NCBI GenBank assembly: GCA_021776825.1
Contig: JAJFFG010000103.1
Location: 11,145 to 75,144 of the forward strand
Reading direction: 5' to 3'
DNA from: Planctomycetota bacterium
Lineage (GTDB): Bacteria > Planctomycetota > JAJSAM01 > JAJVHW01
DNA length: 64,000 nt
Shown: in pieces, positions 8,460 to 19,750 of the stretch
Layout: every line of letters starts with the position of its first letter
Position numbering within the stretch: the first letter of the stretch is position 1
Translations under genes and position numbers: made by a program
Notes under the pieces: model-generated
What the model was told of the DNA's origin: nothing
Databases searched by the model: none
The model's input: the letters and a program-made list of their open reading frames with translations, nothing else

Positions 8460-9839
8460 ATGGACGAACTCGCTGGATGTAGCAACGGGCTGGCGGACTG
8501 GCCGGCCCACCTGAGCCTGCTCGCGCAGAGTGGTGATGCGGTCCCCCCATCGCTGGTCTCGGTCGTCGTTGCCTTCGTCGCAGTCGTCGTGCTCTCGTTC
8601 CTCGCGTCGATGACGGAGGCATCGTTCCTCTCGCTCTCGATGCTGAAGTCCCACGCTCTCCTCGAGAGCGAGAACCGCTTCGAGCGCATGGCCGGCCGCA
8701 TGCGGCAGGACTTTGCCAAGCCGCTGGCCACGATCGTGGTCGTGAACAACATCGCGAACATCACCGGGTCAGCGGTGTTCGGCTTCCTCATCAACGAGTA
8801 CCTGCACCAGTTCGAACTGCCCGTCGCCGACCACACCGCGGCGGTGATCGCGTCCATCGTGCTGACGCTCGCCGTGATCCTGGCCGGCGAGATCGTGCCG
8901 AAGACGATCGGTGAGCGCTACCCCGTCAAGGTGACGCGTGGCGCGGCGCCGATCGTGCGCGGCCTCCAGACGACCCTCTCTCCCATCATCTGGCTCATCA
9001 ACCTCATCCAACGGCCGTTCATGCGGCCCGGCAGCCGCCACGTCACCTCCGAGGCCGAGATCACGCGCCTGACCGAGCTCGGTCGGGAGCAGGGGGCGAT
9101 CGAGGCGGACGAAGGCGACATGATCCAGCGTGTCTTCCGGCTGAACGACATCACCGCCGAGGCGATCATGACGCCGCGCGTGGAGATGACGATGCTCGAG
9201 GCCGACCTGACGCTGGGGAGCGTCGCCGACAAGCTCGGCGAGATCACGCGCTCGCGCATCCCGCTCTTCCGCGAGAACCGCGACGAGATCGTCGCCATCC
9301 TCGACCGACCGGACGCGCTGCTCGCGCTGGCGAAGGATCAGGACGACCTGCTGCTCACGCATCCGTCCGTCACCTTCAAGCCGTACTTCGTCCCCGAGTC
9401 CATGCCCGCCGATGCGCTGCTCGTGCGCCTCCAACGCCGGACCCAGCCGATCGCGATCGTGGTTGGCGAGTACGGCGAGGCCGTGGGCCTGGTCACGCTC
9501 GAGGACGTGCTCGAGGAGATCGTCGGCGAGATCGTCGACGAGGAGGACTTCGAGGGCGAGGAGGAGATCACTCGGGTCGCCGACGACGAGGTGCTCTGCG
9601 ACGGCCGCGCCGAAGTGAACGAGATCAACGCGGTGCTCGGGACCGAGATCCCGAACCACCGCACGATCGCCGGCCTCCTGCTCGACGAGATGGAGCGCAT
9701 CCCCCGCATGGGCGAGGCGCACGAGGCCCACGGCGTGATCGTGACCGTGAAGGAGGCCAACGAGAAGGCCATCCTGAAGGTCCACGTCAAGCGGCTGCCC
9801 GACCCGGACGAGGACGAGAACTCCGACGCGGACGCGTAG
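8460..9839 (+). CDS. CNNM/TlyC-family transporter (DUF21 membrane domain, CBS pair, CorC_HlyC domain)
   Basis: N-terminal multi-TM domain, CBS-pair region (...ITAEAIMTPRVEM...), and a C-terminal CorC_HlyC-like region (...TLEDVLEEIVGEI..DE...). Confidence 0.8.
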   Translation: MDELAGCSNGLADWPAHLSLLAQSGDAVPPSLVSVVVAFVAVVVLSFLASMTEASFLSLSMLKSHALLESENRFERMAGRMRQDFAKPLATIVVVNNIANITGSAVFGFLINEYLHQFELPVADHTAAVIASIVLTLAVILAGEIVPKTIGERYPVKVTRGAAPIVRGLQTTLSPIIWLINLIQRPFMRPGSRHVTSEAEITRLTELGREQGAIEADEGDMIQRVFRLNDITAEAIMTPRVEMTMLEADLTLGSVADKLGEITRSRIPLFRENRDEIVAILDRPDALLALAKDQDDLLLTHPSVTFKPYFVPESMPADALLVRLQRRTQPIAIVVGEYGEAVGLVTLEDVLEEIVGEIVDEEDFEGEEEITRVADDEVLCDGRAEVNEINAVLGTEIPNHRTIAGLLLDEMERIPRMGEAHEAHGVIVTVKEANEKAILKVHVKRLPDPDEDENSDADA

Positions 9840-9850
9840 CTGCTGGGAAG

Positions 9851-11527
9851 TTACCAGTGACGCCCGGCGCGCAGCATCGAGAGCAACAGTCCGGCGCCGA
9901 TCAGCAGCGACGTGACGAAGCCGAGCAGCCCGAGCGCCGGCACGCCGAGGATCTGCGGACCCGAGTCCACCGTCAGGGCGATCGCGGTGCCGACGATCAA
10001 CGCCGACGTGATCAGTCCGATCGTGATGCGGTTCGCCGACCGGTCGATGGTCTCGGTGAACTCCTCGAGGTGCTTCAGTTCGAACTCGACCTTGAAGCCG
10101 CCGCGGCGCGACTTGCGGACGATCGACCGGATCTCGCGCGGCAGCTCGAGCAGCAGCGTGCGCAGGTCGCGGACCCCGCGCCGCACCGTCGCGCGCGGAG
10201 CACGCAGCTGACGGATCATCTCGCGCGCCGCCGGCTCGACGTGCGCCGCCATATCGAACGCGGGATCGAGCGAGGCGCCGAGCCCTTCGAGCGTGACCAG
10301 CACCTTGATGAGCAGCGTCACGTCGGACGGTAGCGAGAGGTCGTTCTGGCGGACGATCTCCGTGATGTCACGCAGCATTCCCGTGACGTCCAGCTCGCCC
10401 AGCGCGACGCCGTGATACCGGTCGAGGAACGCGCCGCAGTCGGCCGCCAGCATCTCGACGTCGGGATCGCCACCCGCCGCCCAGTCGAGGAGCAGGTTGA
10501 CCACGGCGTCGTCGTCCCGCTCGACAACGGCGCCGATGAGTCCCGCGAGTTCCCGTCGACGGCGCTCCGAGAGCCGCCCCACCATGCCGAAGTCGAGCAG
10601 CCCGAGGCGCCCCTCGGAGAGGAACATCACGTTCCCGGGGTGCGGGTCCGCGTGATAGAGGCCGTGGACGAACACCATGTCGAGCACGGCATCCGCGCCG
10701 ATCTGAGCCAGGGCCTCACCGTCGATCTCGGCCGTGGTCGCGTCCTGCAGCCACGCGGCGGCCGAGACACCCTCGATGTACTGCTGGACCATGAGCCGTT
10801 CGCGGGTGAAGCCGTCCTCGATCGTCGGGACGACGACGCGCGGGTGCTCCGCCAGCTGCTCGGTGATGATGCGCTGGTTCTTGGACTCGATGCGGAAGTC
10901 CAGCTCCGCCTGCATCACGTTCGAGAACTGACGCACAACTCGCTTCGGCTGGTAGCGCCCGAGTTCCGGCACCTTCTGCTCGATCAGTTCGGCGACGTGC
11001 GCCACGAGCCGCAGGTCGGCGCGGACCTCGTCCGCGATGCCCGGACGCCGGATCTTCAGGACCACGTCACGCCCGTCGTCGAGCTGTGCCCGGTGCACCT
11101 GCGCGATCGAGCCGGCGGCGAGCGGTTCCTCGTCGAGGCGCGAGAAGCACGCCGACGGCGGGCCACCGAGGTCCTCGGTCAGCTGCTCGCGAAGCTCGGA
11201 GAACGGCACGGCGCTGACGTGCTCATGGAGTTTCCCGAACTCGAGGATCCACTCCGGCGGCAGCAGATCCCGGCGGGTCGCCAGCACCTGGCCAAGCTTG
11301 ACGAACGTCGGCCCGAGCTCCTCGAGCGCCCTCCGGACGCGCTCGGCGGGCGGCAGATTGACCTTCGCCGGCCCGTCGGTGAGGTGCAGCACCCGCCCGG
11401 CCGTCTGCAGGACGGACGCGATGCCGGTGCGGTGCACCAGATCGCCGAAGCCGTGCCGCACGAGGACCCGCGCAATCTCCTGGAGCCGGCCCAGGTCCCG
11501 GGCAGCGGTGAGGGCCTTCAGGAGCAT
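9851..11527 (-). CDS. ubiB: UbiB/ABC1 atypical kinase family protein
   Basis: ...PLAAGSIAQVHRAQL...VVLKIRRPGI...; ADPHPGNV (ABC1 kinase motif); two C-terminal TM helices. Confidence 0.85.
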   Translation of the reverse strand: MLLKALTAARDLGRLQEIARVLVRHGFGDLVHRTGIASVLQTAGRVLHLTDGPAKVNLPPAERVRRALEELGPTFVKLGQVLATRRDLLPPEWILEFGKLHEHVSAVPFSELREQLTEDLGGPPSACFSRLDEEPLAAGSIAQVHRAQLDDGRDVVLKIRRPGIADEVRADLRLVAHVAELIEQKVPELGRYQPKRVVRQFSNVMQAELDFRIESKNQRIITEQLAEHPRVVVPTIEDGFTRERLMVQQYIEGVSAAAWLQDATTAEIDGEALAQIGADAVLDMVFVHGLYHADPHPGNVMFLSEGRLGLLDFGMVGRLSERRRRELAGLIGAVVERDDDAVVNLLLDWAAGGDPDVEMLAADCGAFLDRYHGVALGELDVTGMLRDITEIVRQNDLSLPSDVTLLIKVLVTLEGLGASLDPAFDMAAHVEPAAREMIRQLRAPRATVRRGVRDLRTLLLELPREIRSIVRKSRRGGFKVEFELKHLEEFTETIDRSANRITIGLITSALIVGTAIALTVDSGPQILGVPALGLLGFVTSLLIGAGLLLSMLRAGRHW

Positions 11528-11592
11528 GCCTGGAGGCTATCAGGCGGAGAACACACACTCCGTGATCCCGGGCACGCAACCTCGAGGCTGTA

Positions 11593-12320
11593 GGGGCGGA
11601 TCTCCCGATCCGCCCGGCCGACACGGCTTCATTCGGGCGCGGCGCGCTGATGGCCATCGGCGGACGTCTCGGGCCATGCGCACGACGCCCGGGCCGCGAT
11701 GTCCGACCTGGCAGCGCCGACGGCAAGCCATCCCATGGACCGACGGCCGCGCGAGTGACGCGACTCGTCCGCGGAGCGCCATCGAACCCGGACGACGCGC
11801 GCCACCCCAGCGGGCGGGGCGGATCAGGAGATCCGCCCGTACGACGCCGTTGTCGTAGCGATTGCGTGGGATGGGCGGTGGGGAGGACGGTCCGGATCCC
11901 CACCCGGGGCGGGGCGGTTGCGCGTCAGCGCACGCGCCGTGACGCGGGAGATGAGGCCACGCAAGGCTGCGACCGAGGGGGCCGCCCTTGTGTGAGAGGT
12001 GACGCAGCCGCGGAGGCGACCAGGAACATGGGAGGCGCGGCGATTGCCGCATGCCCCGATGTGCGTCACCAGCCAACCGCCAGCAATCGGCGTGACCCCG
12101 GGCGGGGCGGTTGCGCGTCAGCGCAAGCGCCGTGACGCGGGGAATGAGGCCACGCAAGGCTGCGACCGAGGGGGTGTCCCTCGCGTGAGAGCTGACGCAG
12201 CCGCGGAGGCCGACCAGGAACATGGGAGGCGCGGCGATTGCCTCATGCCCCGGTGGGCGTCACCAGCCAACCGCCAGCAATCGGCGTGCCCCCGGGCAGG
12301 GCGGATCAGGAGATCCGCCC
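11593..12320. repeat. Composite intergenic repeat locus A. It has three REP-like hairpins GGGCGGATC-N4-GATCCGCCC (11593-11616, 11817-11838, 12299-12320) flanking a 193-bp unit present in tandem twice (about 11903-12098 and 12096-12293, about 93% identical).
   Basis: Read directly. Hairpins show a (G/C/A)TACG flank. The core unit has internal stem-loops (GCGTCA..TGACGC; GCGGC-GATT-GCCGC). No ORF with coding-like composition. Confidence 0.85.
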
Positions 12321-12361
12321 ATACGGAGTCCATCGTCGTGCGACGCGACGCAACCCCCGAC

Positions 12362-12940
12362 TCACATCCCTTCCAGCAGCCTCACGTTGTGCTTCCCGCG
12401 CTCGCCGAGGGCCATCTTGCGCAGGGTCTCGTAGACGAGCTGCGCGTCGGGCAGCGCCCGGAGCGTGATCTCGCCCTCCTCGGGGTCCATCGAGCGCACG
12501 ACGACGTGGCCGGAGCCGCGGAGGCGCAGGAAGAGCGGCTCGACCAGCTCGTAGTCCTGGATGCGGAACAGCTCGACCGCCGCCGTGGTCTTGTGGAACA
12601 CGCCCGTCGTGACCTCGATCCGCTCATCGGTGATCCAGTAGCGCGTGTCGATCCGACGGATCCACAGGAACAGCCACGCGATCCCGAAGGTCAGAATGCA
12701 GAGCCCGAGCTCGACGAAGCTCTGGACGGGAAGCGGGCCTGTGTTGAAGAGCTCGCGTTCCTCAGCCGAGGCTGCGGGAGCCTCGCCGGCGCCTCCGCTT
12801 CGGCCCCCACCACCACTCGTCTCCGGCTCGGTCGGCTCGGCGGCCTCGGGCTCCGGAAACGCGTCGCCACACCCCCCACAGAAGCGCGCGGAGGCCGCGG
12901 CCTGCTTTCCGCAGCCCTCACAGAACTTCACGCCGGTCAC
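12362..12940 (-). CDS. Zinc-ribbon plus bacterial PH (bPH_2/YdbT-like) domain protein
   Basis: N-terminal CEGCG...CGGCG double CxxC, a Gly/Glu-rich linker, a TM segment, then ...YWITDERIEVTTGVFHKTTAAVELFRIQDYELV... (bPH_2 pattern). Confidence 0.55.
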   Translation of the reverse strand: MTGVKFCEGCGKQAAASARFCGGCGDAFPEPEAAEPTEPETSGGGGRSGGAGEAPAASAEERELFNTGPLPVQSFVELGLCILTFGIAWLFLWIRRIDTRYWITDERIEVTTGVFHKTTAAVELFRIQDYELVEPLFLRLRGSGHVVVRSMDPEEGEITLRALPDAQLVYETLRKMALGERGKHNVRLLEGM

Positions 12941-13350
12941 GCGTCTGAGGCTAGCCCGCCCCTCTCACCACGTCCACGCGCCTGACGCATCGCCGGACAC
13001 GCGATCTCCGCGTTGTCGAAGCTCGTTGGGGGGAGCAGCCCCGACTTCGCTGCGACGCCGCGGACCTCGCGCGCCCTTCTCGGTCGGGACGGACTCCGTT
13101 CGTCGATGGGCACCCGACACGGCGCGAGACGCAGGAAGGAGGCGCATTGAGTGCCGGAGCCCGCGCCGACGTGATGAGACGGTCGGGCCCGCCCCCACCG
13201 GGGTCAGCCGGTCGGGGCTTCGAACGCCTTGGGCTGGGCCAGGATCCCTGGGGCCGATCGGACCCAGGAAGTACCCTCTGGGGCTCGGCAGCCGGAGGCC
13301 TCAGGAGTGGGCTCAGGACGCCGAACGGCCCCCTTCGGAGCACTGCGTAC

Positions 13351-14496
13351 ATGTCCGACACCGCCACCCCCTCGCCCGCAGCCGACGACGATGTCCTGAC
13401 CGTCCTCCCAGCCTCGGGCGACGATCACGCCTCCGTCGAGCACGACATCCCCGAGGACGACCTCCTCCGGATGCATCGGATGATGACGCTCACGCGGGCG
13501 CTCGACGAACGCGGCATGCGGTACCAGCGCCAGGGGCGTCTCGGGTTCTACCTCCCGTCGACGGGTGAGGAGGCGCTCCAGATCGGCAGCGCGTACTGCT
13601 ACCGCGACGCCGACTGGATGTTCCCGCACTACCGCGTGCCCGGCGTGGCGCTCTGGCGTGGCGCCGAGCTCGACCAGATGGTGGCGAACCTCTTCGGCAA
13701 CATCGACGACAACGGCATCGGCCGCCAGATGCCGGTCCACTACACGATGAGCGAGATCAACTTCGTGTCGATCAGCTCGCCGCTCGGCACGCAGGTCGTG
13801 CAGGCCGCCGGCGCCGCGCGCGCCATGCAGATCAAGGGTGAGGACCGGATCGCCGTCGCGTACTTCGGCGACGGATCGACGTCGACGAACGACTTCCACA
13901 CCGGCATGAACTTCGCCGGCGTGTGGCGCGCTCCCACGATCTTCTTCTGCAACAACAACCAGTGGGCGATCTCGACCCCGCTGTCCGAGCAGTGCGCCGC
14001 GCGTCACCTCGCCGACAAGGCAATCGGCTACGGCATGCCGGCTCTGCGCGTCGACGGCAACGACGTCCTCGCCGTGGTCAAGGCGACGCGCCAGGCCGTC
14101 GAGTACGCACGCAGCGGCGAGGGTCCGGTGTTCATCGAGGCGATGAGTTACCGCATGGGCCCGCACTCGTCGTCCGACGACCCGACGCGCTACCAGCCGA
14201 GCGAAGAGCGCGACGAGTGGACGCGCCGCGATCCGATCCCGCGCTTCCGCAGGTACCTGGTCGGTGCCGGCCTCCTGACCGAAGACGAGATCACGCAGAT
14301 CGACGCCGAGTGCGCCGAGCAGGTGGCCGCCTCGTTCAAGCGCAACGAGCAGGTCGACAAGCCGGGCCTCGAGTCGATGTTCACGGACGTCTATCGCGAG
14401 ATGCCGGAGATCCTGCGCGAGCAGCAGCAGTTCCTCGTGGCCGCCGAGGGCGGCAAGGTGCGCGAGGACACCTCCGGAGCAGAGTTCCCGCTCTGA
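13351..14496 (+). CDS. 2-oxoacid dehydrogenase E1 component alpha subunit (TPP-dependent; PDH/BCKDH-type)
   Basis: ...YFGDGSTSTNDFHTGMNFAGVW...FFCNNNQWAIST... TPP-binding region. The track ORF starts at 13147; the conserved start is MSDTATPS at 13351. Confidence 0.85.
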   Translation: MSDTATPSPAADDDVLTVLPASGDDHASVEHDIPEDDLLRMHRMMTLTRALDERGMRYQRQGRLGFYLPSTGEEALQIGSAYCYRDADWMFPHYRVPGVALWRGAELDQMVANLFGNIDDNGIGRQMPVHYTMSEINFVSISSPLGTQVVQAAGAARAMQIKGEDRIAVAYFGDGSTSTNDFHTGMNFAGVWRAPTIFFCNNNQWAISTPLSEQCAARHLADKAIGYGMPALRVDGNDVLAVVKATRQAVEYARSGEGPVFIEAMSYRMGPHSSSDDPTRYQPSEERDEWTRRDPIPRFRRYLVGAGLLTEDEITQIDAECAEQVAASFKRNEQVDKPGLESMFTDVYREMPEILREQQQFLVAAEGGKVREDTSGAEFPL

Positions 14497-14578
14497 TCCC
14501 CACGCGGGCGGCCGCGCGCCCAGCCCCACCGCGGACAGCCCCTCCCCCAACAACCGAACCCTCCACGGAGAGACGACG

Positions 14579-15556
14579 ATGGCCGAGATGACCGTGCTGC
14601 AAGCCGTGAACGCGGCGCTGCACCAGGAGATGGCACTGAGCGACGAGGTCGTGGTGCTCGGCGAGGACATCGCCCGCCTCGGCGGCGTGTTCCGCGCGAC
14701 GGACGGCCTGCTCGACAAGTTCGGCGACATGCGCGTGATGAACACGCCCCTCGCGGAGAGCGGCATCATCGGCACCGCCATCGGCATGGCGCTCTACGGG
14801 ATGCGCCCCGTGGCCGAGATCCAGTTCCAGGACTTCATCTTCCCGGGCTTCGACCAGATCGTGTCCGAGGCCGCGAAGATGCGCTACCGCTCGGGCGGCC
14901 AGTTCACGTGCCCGATGGTGATCCGCACGCCCTACGGCGGCGGCATCCGCGGCGGCCACTATCACAGCCAGTCGGGCGAGGCGTACTTCGCGCACACGGC
15001 CGGACTGACGGTGGTGATCCCGGCCACGCCCTACGACACCAAGGGCCTGCTGACGGCGTCGATGCGCCACGGCGATCCGGTGCTGTTCCTCGAGCCGAAG
15101 GCGATCTACCGCTCGGTCAAGGGCGAGGTGCCTGAGGAGGACTACGTCGTCCCGATCGGCAAGGCGCGCATCGCTCGCGAGGGCACGGCCGTCACGCTCG
15201 TCGCGTGGGGCGCGATGCTCCACGTCGCGATGAAGACGGCCAAGCAGGCCGCGGAGAAGGACATCGACGTCGAGGTCATCGACCTCCGCACGATCTTCCC
15301 GTGGGACCGCGAGACGGTCATCGAGTCGGCCCAGAAGACCGGCCGCGTCGTGATCCTCCACGAGGCCCCGCGCACGGCGGGCTTCGGCGCCGAGATCGCC
15401 GCGACGATCGCCGAGCGCTGCATCGACTCCATCCGCGCGCCCATCCTGCGCGTGACCGGATTCGACACGCCGTTCCCGTACGCGCTCGAGCACGTGTACA
15501 TGCCGGACCCGAAGCGGACGCTCGCCGCTGTCGAACGCGTCTTCAACTACCAGTAG
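14579..15556 (+). CDS. 2-oxoacid dehydrogenase E1 component beta subunit
   Basis: ...VVLGEDIARLGGVFRATDGL...MNTPLAESGIIGTAIGMA..., typical of E1beta transketolase-like domains. Confidence 0.9.
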   Translation: MAEMTVLQAVNAALHQEMALSDEVVVLGEDIARLGGVFRATDGLLDKFGDMRVMNTPLAESGIIGTAIGMALYGMRPVAEIQFQDFIFPGFDQIVSEAAKMRYRSGGQFTCPMVIRTPYGGGIRGGHYHSQSGEAYFAHTAGLTVVIPATPYDTKGLLTASMRHGDPVLFLEPKAIYRSVKGEVPEEDYVVPIGKARIAREGTAVTLVAWGAMLHVAMKTAKQAAEKDIDVEVIDLRTIFPWDRETVIESAQKTGRVVILHEAPRTAGFGAEIAATIAERCIDSIRAPILRVTGFDTPFPYALEHVYMPDPKRTLAAVERVFNYQ

Positions 15557-15569
15557 CAGGAGCGGTCAC

Positions 15570-16922
15570 TTGGACATCTTCGAGTTCCCGATGCCGGACA
15601 TCGGCGAGGGCGTCGCTGAGGGCGAGGTCGTCGAGTGGCGCGTCGCCGTCGGCGACGTGATCGCCGAGGACGACATCCTCTGCGAGGTCATGACGGACAA
15701 GGCGACCGTCGAGATCACCAGTCCCCTTCCCGGCACGATCGTCGCGCTCCTCGCCGAGGCCGGCGCGGTCACGAAGGTCGGCGCGTACATCGTGTCGATC
15801 ATGCCCGCCGAGGGCGCCCACATCCCCACCGTGGCGCGCCACGGTGATCACGACGACGAGCCGGCCGCCGCCGCTCCCGAGCCGGAGGCGACTCCGGAGC
15901 CGACCGCTGCTTCGGTCACCGTTGACACCGGTGCACTGGCCGCGCTCGAGACCGAGCGGCCGGCCGGCCACCGCGCGCTGGCCACGCCGTACACGCGCAA
16001 GCTCGCGCGTGAAGCCGGCATCGACATCGAGCGTCTGCTCGGCACCGGCGATGCCGGGCGCGTGACGCCCGGCGACGTCGAGAACTACCACGCCGTGCGG
16101 GACGTCGCTCCGGCAACCCAGACCGCACCCGCCGGCGGAGAGCCGCCGCAACAGCCGCCGGCTCCTCCCGCCGCCGTGCCGGCACCGATCCCCGCTCCGA
16201 TCCCGCGGCCCGCCGCAGGTCAGACCGAGACACGCATCCCGATCAAGGGCGTCCGCAAGAAGATCAGCGAGCGCATGCGGCTCTCGAAGTCGATGGCCGC
16301 GCACTTCACGTACGTCGAAGAGCTCGACGTGACGGACCTCGTGGCGACGCGTTCCGTTCTGAAGGCCGACGCCGCCGCGCGCGGTGTGAAGCTCACGTAC
16401 CTGCCCTTCATCATGAAGGCGGTCGCGAGCGGCCTGCGCGCGTTCCCGACGCTGAACGGCCTGACCGACGACGCCAACCAGGAGTTCGTCGTCAAGCACG
16501 TCCGCAATCTCGGCGTCGCCGTCGACACCAGCAACGGGCTGATGGTCCCGGTGGTCAAGGACGTCGACCGTCTCACGATCCTCGAGCTGGCCAGCGAGGT
16601 GAACCGCCTCGCCGACGACGCCCGCAACGGCAAGTCGAAGCTGCCCGACCTGAAAGACGGCACGTTCACGATCACGAACGCCGGCAACATCGGCGGCCTG
16701 TTCGCGACGCCCGTCATCAACTACCCCGAGGCCGCGATCCTCGGCGTGCATGCCATCCGCAAGAAGCCCTGGGTCGTCGACGGCGAGATCGTCATCCGCG
16801 ACATCATGTACCTCTCGATTTCCATCGACCACCGCATGAACGACGGCGCCACCGGCGCTCACTTCATGAACCACGTCGTCGCGCTGCTGCAGGACCCGCG
16901 CAAGCTCCTGCTGGAGATCTGA
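15570..16922 (+). CDS. Dihydrolipoamide acyltransferase E2 component
   Basis: Lipoyl domain (...EVMTDKATVEITSP...), E3-binding segment (...ATPYTRKLAREAGIDI...), catalytic domain with DHRMNDGA. Confidence 0.9.
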   Translation: MDIFEFPMPDIGEGVAEGEVVEWRVAVGDVIAEDDILCEVMTDKATVEITSPLPGTIVALLAEAGAVTKVGAYIVSIMPAEGAHIPTVARHGDHDDEPAAAAPEPEATPEPTAASVTVDTGALAALETERPAGHRALATPYTRKLAREAGIDIERLLGTGDAGRVTPGDVENYHAVRDVAPATQTAPAGGEPPQQPPAPPAAVPAPIPAPIPRPAAGQTETRIPIKGVRKKISERMRLSKSMAAHFTYVEELDVTDLVATRSVLKADAAARGVKLTYLPFIMKAVASGLRAFPTLNGLTDDANQEFVVKHVRNLGVAVDTSNGLMVPVVKDVDRLTILELASEVNRLADDARNGKSKLPDLKDGTFTITNAGNIGGLFATPVINYPEAAILGVHAIRKKPWVVDGEIVIRDIMYLSISIDHRMNDGATGAHFMNHVVALLQDPRKLLLEI

Positions 16923-16926
16923 CGCG

Positions 16927-18216
16927 ATGGGGGAGGGCGCCAGTGCTGAAGAACCGACGCCGTTTCTCTTCGCCGGAGTGGAGAAGGAGCGAGTCGAAGA
17001 GGAGTCCCGGCCCGTCGATGACGCGCCGTCGGTGCCCACCGAGGAACCGGCAGACGTGAGCGACGACGCTGCGCCCGACGACACTGTTCCGGACGATGCA
17101 GGCGTACCGGCCGACCTCGGTCTCTTCCGCGTCTTGCGCGACGACGACACAGCCGATCCGACCGTCGATCCGGGCCTCTCCGACGAGGACGTCATCCGCC
17201 TCTTCGAGCAGATGCTCCTCGTGCGCACGCTCGACGAGCGTTGCCTGAAGCTCCAGCGCCAGGGACGCATCGCGTTCTACGGCATGGCGAAGGGCCAGGA
17301 GGCCGCGACCGTCGGCAGCGCGTGGTGCATCCGGAAGAACGACTGGCTGTTCCCCGCACTCCGCGAGGGTGGGGCTGCGCTGCTCCGCGGGATGCCGGTG
17401 TCGCGCTACATCGCACAGCTGATGGGCAACTCGCTCGACGAGCAGAAGGGGCATCAGCAGCCGATGCACTTCAGCTTCCGCGCCGCGAACCACGTGTCGC
17501 TCTCCTCCCCCATCGCGACGCAGGTGCCGCAGGCGGTCGGCGCCGCGCGCGCTGCGCAGATCCGCGGCGACGACGAGATCGTCCTCGGCTACCTCGGGGA
17601 TGGCGCGACGAGCGAGCACGACTTCCACGTCGGCATGACGTTCGCCGCGGTCTGGAAGTGCCCTGTGGTGCTCTTCTGCCAGAACAACGGCTGGGCCATC
17701 TCGGTGCCCGTCTCCGCGCAGACCGCGTCGAAGACGATCGCCGTGAAGGCGCGCGGCTACGGCATGCCGGGCGTGCGCATCGACGGCAACGACCTGCTGG
17801 CCGTGGTCGCCGCCACGCGCGACGCCGTCGAGCGCGCGCGCCGCGGCGAGGGTCCGACGTTCATCGAAGCGGTGACGTACCGCCGCATGGGCCACTCGTC
17901 CTCCGACGACCCGACGATCTACCGCGACGAGGCAGAGGTCGCCGAGTGGGAGGCGAAGGACCCGATCGACCGGATGCGCCGCTACCTCGAGAAGCGCGGC
18001 ATCTGGGACGAGGCCAAAGAGACCGAATGCCTCGCGCGTCAGAACGAGCTCGTGTCGCAGGAGATCCAGGAGGCCGAGAAGGCCGGACCGCCTGCGTTCG
18101 AGTCGATGATCGCCGACGTCTACGCCGTGACGCCCGACCTCGTCACCGAACAGCTCGACGACGCGCGGCCCTTCTTCGAGGAGGGCAAGACAGCCGAGGG
18201 CGCCTTCCCGCTCTAG
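16927..18216 (+). CDS. Second E1 alpha-subunit paralog with an acidic, Pro/Asp-rich N-terminal extension of about 90 aa
   Basis: ...YLGDGATSEHDFHVGMTFAAVW...LFCQNNGWAISV... shows the same fold as the 13351 gene. It ends ...GAFPL, like the first alpha subunit (...AEFPL). There is no second beta subunit. Confidence 0.8.
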   Translation: MGEGASAEEPTPFLFAGVEKERVEEESRPVDDAPSVPTEEPADVSDDAAPDDTVPDDAGVPADLGLFRVLRDDDTADPTVDPGLSDEDVIRLFEQMLLVRTLDERCLKLQRQGRIAFYGMAKGQEAATVGSAWCIRKNDWLFPALREGGAALLRGMPVSRYIAQLMGNSLDEQKGHQQPMHFSFRAANHVSLSSPIATQVPQAVGAARAAQIRGDDEIVLGYLGDGATSEHDFHVGMTFAAVWKCPVVLFCQNNGWAISVPVSAQTASKTIAVKARGYGMPGVRIDGNDLLAVVAATRDAVERARRGEGPTFIEAVTYRRMGHSSSDDPTIYRDEAEVAEWEAKDPIDRMRRYLEKRGIWDEAKETECLARQNELVSQEIQEAEKAGPPAFESMIADVYAVTPDLVTEQLDDARPFFEEGKTAEGAFPL

Positions 18217-18278
18217 CACCCAGCCCGCTCTAGGACGCAGCCCGCTCTAGCACCCAGCCCGCTCTAGGACGCTCTCAG
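18207..18278. repeat. Four ~17-bp tandem repeats CCCGCTCTAG(C/G)ACNCAG. The first copy includes the stop codon of the preceding gene.
   Basis: Read directly: ...ccgctctagcacccagcccgctctaggacgcagcccgctctagcacccagcccgctctaggacgctctcag. Confidence 0.85.
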
Positions 18279-18325
18279 TACGCCGACCGATACACGAGGC
18301 CCGCGCGGCCTCCCGGAGACAGACC

Positions 18326-19720
<1,395 letters not shown>

Positions 19721-19750
19721 CCGCCGACGGTCGCGTCGGCGAGGACCGAC

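Noticed and set aside
11903-12293. Possible CRISPR array, suggested by the regularly repeated units in locus A
   Set aside because: The repeat unit is about 193 bp and is repeated head-to-tail with no unique spacers. CRISPR repeats are 24-48 bp and separated by similarly sized spacers. No cas genes are present in the window.
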